Shown: positions 53,209 through 61,696 of the stretch, one piece after another
How the letters are laid out: each line of letters starts with the position of its first letter
Position numbering within the stretch: the first letter of the stretch is position 1
Virus record (IMG/VR): IMGVR_UViG_3300046170_000378
Span: 1 to 64,000 of that record
DNA length: 64,000 nucleotides
Strand: one strand, 5' to 3'
Translations under genes and position numbers: made by a program
The notes under the pieces: model-generated
The model's database searches: none
What the model saw: the letters and a program-made list of their open reading frames with translations, nothing else
What the model was told of the DNA's origin: nothing

Positions 53209-53805
53209 ATGAGTAGTAGACAATTTACATGGTGGCGTAGATTTCATGGGAGCGTAAAGCTCCCTAAGAAATATATGTTTAAAGGTGCTAGTCAATTACT
53301 CCAACGAATTGAATTTGGAGAGTTCGAGTTTGATCATTTGGGCAGGGAAGTATATTTAGAAGATGCTATTTATGAAAAACAAGTAAATGACCTGACAATA
53401 GAAAAAACATATCTTAGAACTAAAGATGCACTCGAAGACCAAATCATAACCTTTAGAAAGCAATATCACAAACGAAAGACTGTAATAATGAAAAACCACT
53501 TAGAAGCGGAGAATAAATTATTGCGAAAACTTTCTGAAGAATTAGATGCCGAATTTAAATTAGGAGTTGATGTTATTAGAGATATTATGGAAACATTTGA
53601 TGGAACCACACGTGAGTTGTATTTCAAGTGTATGAGTATGAAAACTGGTAAAAACATAGATCCTAATAAAATGCAGAGATTTATTAATGAACAGCCTAGG
53701 CATATCTTAAAACCTAAAGAAAGAAAATATGCTAAACTTTGGATGAAATTAGTTAAAGAAAAGAAATGGCAAGAATTTCTCAATTGGGATCAATTGAAAC
53801 AATAG
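53209..53805 (+). CDS. Hypothetical protein
   Basis: ORF MSSRQFTWWRRF. Confidence 0.65.
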   Translation: MSSRQFTWWRRFHGSVKLPKKYMFKGASQLLQRIEFGEFEFDHLGREVYLEDAIYEKQVNDLTIEKTYLRTKDALEDQIITFRKQYHKRKTVIMKNHLEAENKLLRKLSEELDAEFKLGVDVIRDIMETFDGTTRELYFKCMSMKTGKNIDPNKMQRFINEQPRHILKPKERKYAKLWMKLVKEKKWQEFLNWDQLKQ

Positions 53806-53827
53806 CGACACTTAACATATAAGAAAT

Positions 53828-54049
53828 ATGCTAACAACTTATTATGCCGAATTTTATTTTATCCTCACTTATTTGACATGTGGTGTGGTTCTAAATCTAT
53901 TCTATGACCTACTTATTTCTTGGATCAAGGAGGAACCACTAAGATTTGGTAATTGGGAAAGACTAGGCGTAACTATCATTTGGCCTATATTTCTAATCAT
54001 ATTTATTATTAATTTTATAAAAGCCTTATTTGGAAATGACAAACAGTAA
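53828..54049 (+). CDS. Small membrane protein
   Basis: Two hydrophobic segments with IIWP; class II promoter at 53796. Confidence 0.6.
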   Translation: MLTTYYAEFYFILTYLTCGVVLNLFYDLLISWIKEEPLRFGNWERLGVTIIWPIFLIIFIINFIKALFGNDKQ

Positions 54050-54965
54050 TTATGGATATTGTTGTATTAATACAACCCTACAGAAATCAGATAAAATTAC
54101 AACAAACCGCAGCATGATCAAGCGAACATTTGCGGCTAAAGGTATTGAGTACGCTTCAGAGTTGGCACTGCTTAACGCTAAAGACTTAGTTAAAATTATC
54201 AATTGGAATAATCGTAATGGCATCAAGCTGTTCCGTATCAGTTCTGACATGTTTCCATGGATGAGCGAGTACAATCTTAGTGATTTACCAGATTATACTA
54301 AGATTGCCAATACCCTTAAAGGTGCCGGCAAAATTGCAATGGATAATGGTCAACGCTTGACGTTTCATCCTGGCCCGTTTGATGTTTTGGCATCGCTCAC
54401 TCAGCGAGTAGTTGATAAATGTATTATTGATCTCAACAAACACGGTGAAATTATGGATTTGTTAGGTCTACCTAGAGATCATTCTGCACCTATTAATATT
54501 CACGTTAACACCACACAAGGTGGCAAGGAAGCTGCAATGCAACGATTCGTAGACAACTTTCATCTACTAGATGCATCTGTGCGCAAACGTCTTGTTGTAG
54601 AAAATGACGATAAAGAAAGTCAATACACTACAGAGGACCTATATGTAGGTGTATACAATAAAATTGGTGTGCCTATTACATTTGACTATCACCACCATTG
54701 GTGTCATCCTGGTGAATTATCTCAAGAAGAAGCCCTTAAATTAGCATCTACGACATGGCCTAAAGGTATTCGTCAACTTGTACATTTTTCTTCCTGCCAA
54801 CAGATACACGAAGACAGTACACAAACCAATAAGCGTGCACACGCAGATTATATTTATGAGCACATAGACGATTACGGTTTAGATTTAGACATTGAGTTAG
54901 AAGCTAAAGCTAAGGAATTAGCGCTACAACAATATGTGAAACAATTTAAACACCAATTAGTATAA
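54036..54965 (+). CDS. uvsE: UV-damage endonuclease
   Basis: YGYCCIN, LFRISSD, RLTFHPG, RLVVENDD, ITFDYHHH, HADYI, ELEAKAKELA. Confidence 0.9.
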   Translation: MTNSNYGYCCINTTLQKSDKITTNRSMIKRTFAAKGIEYASELALLNAKDLVKIINWNNRNGIKLFRISSDMFPWMSEYNLSDLPDYTKIANTLKGAGKIAMDNGQRLTFHPGPFDVLASLTQRVVDKCIIDLNKHGEIMDLLGLPRDHSAPINIHVNTTQGGKEAAMQRFVDNFHLLDASVRKRLVVENDDKESQYTTEDLYVGVYNKIGVPITFDYHHHWCHPGELSQEEALKLASTTWPKGIRQLVHFSSCQQIHEDSTQTNKRAHADYIYEHIDDYGLDLDIELEAKAKELALQQYVKQFKHQLV

Positions 54966-54983
54966 ACATTATAAAAAACGATT

Positions 54984-55184
54984 ATGAAGTATTTAAACAA
55001 TTTTTTTGGCGCATTTGGAAGATTCTTAAATTATTTACTAGATAACCAAATGGGTGTACAGTCAAATATATTTTGGCTTATAGCAATTCTTAAAATTAAC
55101 ACAAATAGTTTTTGGACTTTTGCTATACCCGCAATTCTATTTAGAGGATTGCAAATAATAATTGATGAATTAAAAAAGAAATAA
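54984..55184 (+). CDS. Small hydrophobic protein
   Basis: 66-aa ORF. Confidence 0.5.
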   Translation: MKYLNNFFGAFGRFLNYLLDNQMGVQSNIFWLIAILKINTNSFWTFAIPAILFRGLQIIIDELKKK

Positions 55185-55188
55185 ACTT

Positions 55189-55434
55189 ATGAATTTAAAA
55201 GTAGAAGCTTTAAGATTAAAGTATGAAGCTCAAAAACTAGAGGCCCTTGCAACACTAGAGGTTTACATGAAAAACTCAGCAGGTATTGGTGAACATCCAC
55301 AAGTAATTGAAGAAATGGACAATTTAGTAAAATCTGTGGCTGAAGCTACGGATTGTTTAGAAACACTAAATGAAATATTTACTAGCTCTGATGAGGGTAC
55401 AGCATTGACAGATTCAGGCTCCGTTAACAGTTGA
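55189..55434 (+). CDS. Small conserved-type phage protein
   Basis: LEVYMKNSAGIGEHPQVIEEMD. Confidence 0.7.
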   Translation: MNLKVEALRLKYEAQKLEALATLEVYMKNSAGIGEHPQVIEEMDNLVKSVAEATDCLETLNEIFTSSDEGTALTDSGSVNS

Positions 55435-55463
55435 ATTATTTAGGCATAATATACTAACGAGCC

Positions 55464-55494
55464 AGGGGGAAGATAGCATCTTCCCCCTTTTTTT
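55464..55494 (+). terminator. Intrinsic terminator
   Basis: AGGGGGAAGAT-AGC-ATCTTCCCCCT followed by a T run. Confidence 0.85.
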
Positions 55495-55506
55495 GATATA
55501 TAAAGT

Positions 55507-56205
55507 ATGAAACACATTAAGGCATACGAAAGTTTTGTGAATGAAGGTAGATCTAAGTATGATGGTCTTGCCTCAAAACTGACTAAATTAACGTTTAGGA
55601 AATGGGTAAACACATATAAAGGTGGCAAAGCAGTTATCAATTATATGGACCAAATCGAAGAACGAGGTTTAGAATTTGACTTTGATGCAACTATTCATAT
55701 CGATAAGAAATATAAAGGCTTTGAAGTTTTACCTTCAACTGGTGCAGATGGTAGAGATGAAGACGATGATGGTGATTATCAAACTCCATATATTCTAATA
55801 GATTTTGGTATAAATCCTGATTGGATTCCAGGAGAATGGTCTACTGTATATTTTCATTTAGCAGATGTTATTAGACATGAAATGGAACACATAACACAGG
55901 ATGGCGTAGACACTGGTAATTATAGAGCTGGCAAACCTATTGAAGATGATAGCGAAATAAGAAATCTAATTAAATTAGGTCTTCTACCATACTTTCATTA
56001 TTTAATGTTACCTAAAGAAGTAGATGCTAATTTACAGGGACTTAGATATGAGGCTAAAAAAAGAAAAGAGCCAATGAGTGATGCAGTTAACAGATACTTA
56101 GACACTCAAATAGAAGGTGACGTAATTAGTAAACAAGAAAAAGAAGAAGTGTTAGATCTTTGGAGAAAACGCGCTGCAAAAATAGGTGGTATACCGAAAT
56201 TTTAA
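55507..56205 (+). CDS. HExxH zincin-motif protein with a capsid-targeting-like N-terminus
   Basis: VIRHEMEHITQ and downstream EVDA; starts MKHIKAYESFVNE. Confidence 0.65.
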   Translation: MKHIKAYESFVNEGRSKYDGLASKLTKLTFRKWVNTYKGGKAVINYMDQIEERGLEFDFDATIHIDKKYKGFEVLPSTGADGRDEDDDGDYQTPYILIDFGINPDWIPGEWSTVYFHLADVIRHEMEHITQDGVDTGNYRAGKPIEDDSEIRNLIKLGLLPYFHYLMLPKEVDANLQGLRYEAKKRKEPMSDAVNRYLDTQIEGDVISKQEKEEVLDLWRKRAAKIGGIPKF

Positions 56206-56206
56206 T

Positions 56207-59200
56207 ATGAAATACATTAATGAAAAGGCGCCTAGCGTAAAAAGCAAAATTAAGGACATCAATAAAAAGATTGGTAAACTGGTTTCTAAAAAAGAGGATG
56301 CTATTAGTAAAGCCAAAGAAATGGCAGATTCTGAAGAACCTTCTGGAAAAATGCAAGCTTCATTGGCAAAGATACAACTTAGACAATCTGAAAGCGAAGC
56401 TGAAAAATTAATGTTGCAAAAGCAGGCTGAAATACTTAAAGCTAAAATAGACACTGCTAAGAAAAAAGAAAAAACAACCAAAGACATAGATATAGAAGAA
56501 ATGGAAAATAGATCAATTACAATATTAGAAGGTGTTATGTCTGATATACACCAGATGATTAACAACCATAAAAACTTTGATTCTTTTCAAAAAGAATTCT
56601 TCAAAGAGTACGGACATAAAAAGGTAATGAAGAAAACACCAGAATTTTTGGAATGGCTAGAAGCTCTTTATAACGACAGTCAATTTGCAGTCGCTGAAGC
56701 AGATGCAAAACCAGGACCAGATCCATACATGAGAGGTTTAGATGACGATGATGAAGAGAAAAAAGAAGATAAAATGAAAAAGCAAGCTGAAATGGACGAT
56801 GACGATCCAGATGCTTATAAAGAATTACCAGGTGACAAAGAGGCCAAAGCTAAAGGTGAAGTAAAAACTTCTAAACATGTAAAAAAATATCACGAATTAT
56901 ATGGTGATAAAAAAGATGAATCAGTAGTTACTGAAGCTAAAGGTTTACCAAGCCATGCTAGAAATTTATCTATAAAACTAAAAACGCACTGGTTACCTGA
57001 CACAGACAACAAGGATATTTATTTCTTAGCTGATACAAACAAAGGTCAAACAATAACCATTGATTTATCTGTAAGAACTGGAGAATATAAAGTTATTGAT
57101 AAAAAAGATAATGTTATTTATCAGGGCGGAGACCCTTATGCTGCCGCTAAGTTAATTGAATCAGTAGAAATATCTGAAAAGGCTAAGCCTTATGCTTTTG
57201 TACTCAATGATTGGTTTAACGCAGTAGAAAAGGCTGGTAATTTTGAAAATATTGGAAAAGAATTAAAAGCAGCTGGATACGAATTTGAATTTGAAGATAA
57301 TAAAAACAATCCAGCATATAAAGTTGAACATGATGAAGCTACTTTTGCAATTGCTAATAAGAAATATTGGGGAAGACAATGGCGGGCCATTGAGAAACAA
57401 ATAGGTGATATCGCAATAGGTTGGGTTTTTCCAAATGATACGTATAATGAATCTAATATTAATGAAGAAAAGGCAGAAGGCGATAGAGGTAAAATAGCCG
57501 ATGCTAAAATAGAAACTGCTCTTAAAACTAAGGCTGAAGAAACTGGAGTACCAATTGGTTTAATTAGAATCATAATGAGAAGAGGTATGGCCGCGTGGAA
57601 AACTGGTCACAGGCCAGGTGCAAGTGAACAACAATGGGGATATGCACGAGTAAATGCATTTTTAACTAAAGGTGAAGGTACATGGGGTGGAGCAGACAAA
57701 GATGTCGCTAAAGAAGTTAGAGATGGCGGTCATGACAAAGGACTTAAAGAGAGAATAGAATCAGATATTAGATTGAGTGATAAAGTAGTTGCCTTTAAAA
57801 CTGATGATTCTAGTTTCAACGGACAATCTCCTAATACAATTACATGTAATAACTGTACATGGACTTGGATGAAACAAGACGGTGGAGATGATATGTACGT
57901 GTGTCATAAATGTGGAACAAATAATGCACCTCTATTGGGTGAATCTACATTAAACGAAGAAGATACTTACAACGACTATCCTGCTGCCGCAAAGAAAAAT
58001 GCTAAGAAAGCTCTTGATTGGAGAGACGAGCATGGAAGAGATGAAGTTGATGCGGGAACAGCAGTTGGCTGGACTCGTGCAAATCAATTAGCAAAGGGTG
58101 AAAAGATCTCAGCTGACACTGTAAAAAGAATGGCATCGTTCAATAGACACAGAAAGAATTCTTCAATAAAGGCTGAATTAAAAGGAACTCCATGGAAAGA
58201 CAAAGGTTATGTTTCTTGGTTAATTTGGGGCGGAGATGAAGGCGTCGATTGGGCTATGAAAAAATCAAAAGAAATAGACGATATGAAAAAAGAGTCAAAA
58301 CAAATGAAGTACGTTAAACCACTTAATGAAGCTGAGAAGTATATCACTGATGAATTTAAAGTAGGTGATAAAATTAAAACTAATTTTGGTGAATGGGAAG
58401 TAATTGAAACTGACTATGCACCTAATAAAAGTTTTATAGCACCTTTTGTATTTAAAGGAAAAGATATGGAAAGAGTAAACATACCTAATCCTCCTAAGAC
58501 TAATAAGAAAGCTGTAGGCTATAAAGTTACTGATGGTGGCAAATACCCTATTATTGGTTTCTTGTATCAATATAAAGATATTACTAAACTTGCAACAGTT
58601 GGCGTTGATGAATCAGTGGTTAACGAAAAAGATAAACACACATCAACTGATTTTTCTAAACCAGGAAATAATGGTGACATTTACTTTTCAAAAAGAGAAG
58701 GTGATGCTGTTGGTATTAGATTAGAAGATAAATTACAAATGATTTATGTTTTTCAAGAAGAACCTAAATTAGGAAGGATTCAAAAAACAGATAAACGTTG
58801 GGAAAACATGGGTCCAGCTTCTGAAGAACTTTTAATTGATTTAAGAGGTAGAACAAATGGTAAAATATTATTTGACTTTGTTTCAACTCTTGAAGAATCA
58901 GTAGTTACTGAAGCATTCATCGATCATGATAAAATGAAGTACGTTAAACCACTATATGAAGCTAAAATCAAAGTCACTAAAGATAAATGGCCTTACTTAG
59001 AGTTTAAAGTAGGTAGCAAGAAACACAAAGTAGAGTTTGATTATGAAGATATTATTGATGATCATGGAAATGAGGGTCAAGATCAATATTGGATAGGTAA
59101 AGATGATGAAGGTCAGGAATGGATGATTGATGTTTATGCAAACTATATGGGCGATGTTGAAGAGGTTCACTATGATACTATTGTAAAAGAATCTGTTTCG

Positions 59201-60199
59201 TCTGAATTTTCTCCAATGGGATATGCTAAGCGCGTGGTTTCAGGAGCAATTAAAATAAAAGATGCAATGAAAGAAGCTGGAATTTCTCTAGCTAACATGG
59301 CCAAATTAATTAAGAGAATCGATAAATCTTTTGATGTCGATGCAGCATTTTTAGAAAAGAATGTTATGCAAGATGATCCTGAAAAATTCGTTGAATCTAG
59401 TAAGCGTAAGCTTAAGTATATTAGAGTACTTAATGAAGACTACTCTCAAAGAGCAAGAAATTTTAGAGTTAATCTTAGAACAAGACTTGAAGCTATGAAG
59501 AAAGGAGAAAAGATTAGTTATGGTAAACTTGCTTGGACGGCATTAGGTAATGGTAATTTCAAAGACAGTAAAGGTAGAACAGTACCTTATCAAGATATAG
59601 TACAAGATTTGAAACATGCAGTAAAACCTGATATATTGAGACATCGTGGTGCAAGCGGTGCTGATATGGTAGATGCTTATTTAGCATTTGAAAGTAAAGT
59701 AAATGAAGGTTACTGGTCTAGTTATGAATATGACAAGTGGACTAAAGAGAATGGCAAACCTAAATATCCAAAATGGGTAAGGACTACTTTAAAAGAAATC
59801 GTTAAAGGTGGTTTTATGGAGCCAGTCTATGATGCTGAACACAACTACATGGTTTTATGGTTAGCTTCATTAGAGAACAAGAATAGAGCTGAATTATATG
59901 CATATGATAAGAAGGGTGAAAAAGCTCTCGGTAAAGTAGGTTATGCAATGTATCAAAGATTCTATAACGACTTAACTGGATACAATATGTTCTTTATGCA
60001 AGGGGCGATGTATGCCTTAGAAGTATCTAAGAATATTAAAGATAGAGTGGCTAATGGCGAACCAGTTGAACCTGCATATTATATGATGAAAGAATTCTTT
60101 AACAACATGGGCATGGACACTAAGAGAAGTAGAGTTTTTAATGCAGCTTATGAAAAGTTAGAAAAATGGATGAAAGAAAACAGCATTCCAACTTTATAA
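56207..60199 (+). CDS. Large multi-module protein (about 1330 aa), putative head-internal polyprotein
   Basis: Starts MKYINE; recurring ES-x-[VIL]-[NT]-E and KYV/I..L.E linkers; Zn-ribbon CNNC..CHKC; RRGMAAWKTGHRPG..QQWGYARVN module; YP...KNA...GWTRANQLA...WLIWGG module. Confidence 0.75.
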   Translation: MKYINEKAPSVKSKIKDINKKIGKLVSKKEDAISKAKEMADSEEPSGKMQASLAKIQLRQSESEAEKLMLQKQAEILKAKIDTAKKKEKTTKDIDIEEMENRSITILEGVMSDIHQMINNHKNFDSFQKEFFKEYGHKKVMKKTPEFLEWLEALYNDSQFAVAEADAKPGPDPYMRGLDDDDEEKKEDKMKKQAEMDDDDPDAYKELPGDKEAKAKGEVKTSKHVKKYHELYGDKKDESVVTEAKGLPSHARNLSIKLKTHWLPDTDNKDIYFLADTNKGQTITIDLSVRTGEYKVIDKKDNVIYQGGDPYAAAKLIESVEISEKAKPYAFVLNDWFNAVEKAGNFENIGKELKAAGYEFEFEDNKNNPAYKVEHDEATFAIANKKYWGRQWRAIEKQIGDIAIGWVFPNDTYNESNINEEKAEGDRGKIADAKIETALKTKAEETGVPIGLIRIIMRRGMAAWKTGHRPGASEQQWGYARVNAFLTKGEGTWGGADKDVAKEVRDGGHDKGLKERIESDIRLSDKVVAFKTDDSSFNGQSPNTITCNNCTWTWMKQDGGDDMYVCHKCGTNNAPLLGESTLNEEDTYNDYPAAAKKNAKKALDWRDEHGRDEVDAGTAVGWTRANQLAKGEKISADTVKRMASFNRHRKNSSIKAELKGTPWKDKGYVSWLIWGGDEGVDWAMKKSKEIDDMKKESKQMKYVKPLNEAEKYITDEFKVGDKIKTNFGEWEVIETDYAPNKSFIAPFVFKGKDMERVNIPNPPKTNKKAVGYKVTDGGKYPIIGFLYQYKDITKLATVGVDESVVNEKDKHTSTDFSKPGNNGDIYFSKREGDAVGIRLEDKLQMIYVFQEEPKLGRIQKTDKRWENMGPASEELLIDLRGRTNGKILFDFVSTLEESVVTEAFIDHDKMKYVKPLYEAKIKVTKDKWPYLEFKVGSKKHKVEFDYEDIIDDHGNEGQDQYWIGKDDEGQEWMIDVYANYMGDVEEVHYDTIVKESVSSEFSPMGYAKRVVSGAIKIKDAMKEAGISLANMAKLIKRIDKSFDVDAAFLEKNVMQDDPEKFVESSKRKLKYIRVLNEDYSQRARNFRVNLRTRLEAMKKGEKISYGKLAWTALGNGNFKDSKGRTVPYQDIVQDLKHAVKPDILRHRGASGADMVDAYLAFESKVNEGYWSSYEYDKWTKENGKPKYPKWVRTTLKEIVKGGFMEPVYDAEHNYMVLWLASLENKNRAELYAYDKKGEKALGKVGYAMYQRFYNDLTGYNMFFMQGAMYALEVSKNIKDRVANGEPVEPAYYMMKEFFNNMGMDTKRSRVFNAAYEKLEKWMKENSIPTL

Positions 60200-60242
60200 A
60201 CTAAATTTGATATATAATAAAAGAAAACAATAATACAATATT

Positions 60243-60803
60243 ATGGCAAAACAAATATTATCGTTCGAAGAGTACAGCAAGAATCTTAAAGCTTCTGATG
60301 TAGGAGAACACGAAAACCCTGAAGGGTATCCAGCACCAGAAGGTGAAACTGATGACGTCGAAGATTTTAATGACGAAGAGGTTGAAGAAGACGAGGAAAG
60401 AGAAGAAGAAGTTGCAGACGCAGAAGATGTTGAAGAAGCTGAACTAGAGGCAGATCCTGAACAAAGATCTGAAGACGAAAACGATGCTGAAGTTTTAGTT
60501 GTTTCAGAAATGGTTGCTAAGGTTTATAAGAACGTAGTTATGGAAGCATGTAATTATGCAGGAGATGATTACGATGACCACACTTTAGAAACATATATGA
60601 AAGAAAATGCTGCACTAGTTGCAGGTATGGCAGCACAAGCACTCGAAGAAGCTTACAAAGAAATCAACGAAGCTGATGAAATGGCTAACGAAACTTACGA
60701 AGCTATGATGAATGAGATGAAAGAGGCTTATTGTAATAAAATTGATCAATGTAGAGAATCTTTTACTGGTGCACCAAGAGGTTACGCTGAAGACGAAGCA
60801 TAA
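60243..60803 (+). CDS. Highly acidic protein, possible head-internal or scaffold-like
   Basis: D/E-rich; MAKQILSFEEY start; class III promoter at 60209. Confidence 0.65.
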   Translation: MAKQILSFEEYSKNLKASDVGEHENPEGYPAPEGETDDVEDFNDEEVEEDEEREEEVADAEDVEEAELEADPEQRSEDENDAEVLVVSEMVAKVYKNVVMEACNYAGDDYDDHTLETYMKENAALVAGMAAQALEEAYKEINEADEMANETYEAMMNEMKEAYCNKIDQCRESFTGAPRGYAEDEA

Positions 60804-60820
60804 AAATAACGAGAAGAATC

Positions 60821-61117
60821 ATGAAATACTTGAAATTATTTGAACAGTTTGTTAACGAAAAATTTAATTCTAAGAGAGCAGCGAAAGAGCTAATAGCAAT
60901 GGGATTTAAAAACGTTGATGGCAATGGCGGTGAAATCTCAGTTGAAACTGCAGAAATGGAAAATCCATTCGGTCATGATGCGGCGTTTACGTTCTTTTGG
61001 AACGGTAAAGACGTATGGGCAGAAGCTGAAGATGGTTCTTATGTAGAACAAACCCAAGAAATCGAAACTGTAGAGCAGTTTGCAGACTGTCTTGAATTTG
61101 GAGAGGGCTGGTCATAA
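60821..61117 (+). CDS. Hypothetical protein with a capsid-targeting-like N-terminus
   Basis: Starts MKYLKLFEQFVNE. Confidence 0.7.
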   Translation: MKYLKLFEQFVNEKFNSKRAAKELIAMGFKNVDGNGGEISVETAEMENPFGHDAAFTFFWNGKDVWAEAEDGSYVEQTQEIETVEQFADCLEFGEGWS

Positions 61118-61189
61118 ACAGGCACACATTTTAATAAACTTTTTAAGAAGTCCGTGTATAATACATGGACTTTTTTATTTTAACAAGAT

Positions 61190-61696
61190 ATGCCTAGAAT
61201 ACCCGTAGATTTAATATACATGCAAATGGCTTACCAAATAGCCAAACTATCCTATGCTAAAAGAAAGCGCGTTGGTTGCATTATAGTAAAAGATAATCAA
61301 GTTATATCGACTGGATACAATGGTACGCCACATGGCTTTAAAAACGATTGTGAAGAGATACAAACCAGAAAGGTAGAAAACGACAATCACAAAACAGTGC
61401 TTGAAGAAAAAGGATATGACTGTCACGATGGTTGTTGTTCTAAAGAAGTGACTAAGAGAGTAGTATTACACGCAGAGTCTAACGCTCTTGCAAAGGTCAG
61501 TAAATCTACACTAAGTTCAGATGGCGCAGACATGTATATTACAATGTCCCCTTGTTTTGACTGTGCAAAATTAATTATTCAATCAGGTATTAAAAAGGTT
61601 TTTTATTCGGAAAGCTATCGAGACACTAGCGGTATTGATATTCTAGAAGAGGCAGGAATCGAAGTAAAAGAAGTTATATGTTGGAACGCGGAATAA
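61190..61696 (+). CDS. dCMP deaminase
   Basis: VGCIIVKD..VISTGYNGTP, LHAESNAL, SPCFDCAKLIIQSGI. Confidence 0.9.
   Translation: MPRIPVDLIYMQMAYQIAKLSYAKRKRVGCIIVKDNQVISTGYNGTPHGFKNDCEEIQTRKVENDNHKTVLEEKGYDCHDGCCSKEVTKRVVLHAESNALAKVSKSTLSSDGADMYITMSPCFDCAKLIIQSGIKKVFYSESYRDTSGIDILEEAGIEVKEVICWNAE

Larger units (their letters stand above)
16090..60216 (+). promoter_or_regulatory. Class III (late-type) promoter motif GATATATA, 10 dispersed copies upstream of genes
   Basis: 16090, 21928, 23217, 26778, 38416, 41826, 42857, 45787, 55495 and 60209; variants GATAAATA at 15372 and AATATATA at 36984. Several copies directly follow terminators. Confidence 0.7.
6632..61161 (+). promoter_or_regulatory. 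Class II (middle-type) promoter motif (T/G)AAAC-N17-TATAA, 10 dispersed copies
   Basis: Exact 17-nt spacer at 6632, 9609, 10781, 12837, 14087, 38403, 44035, 49582, 53796 and 61135, each just upstream of a gene. N18 variants at 54938 (+) and 2995-3022 (-). Confidence 0.8.
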
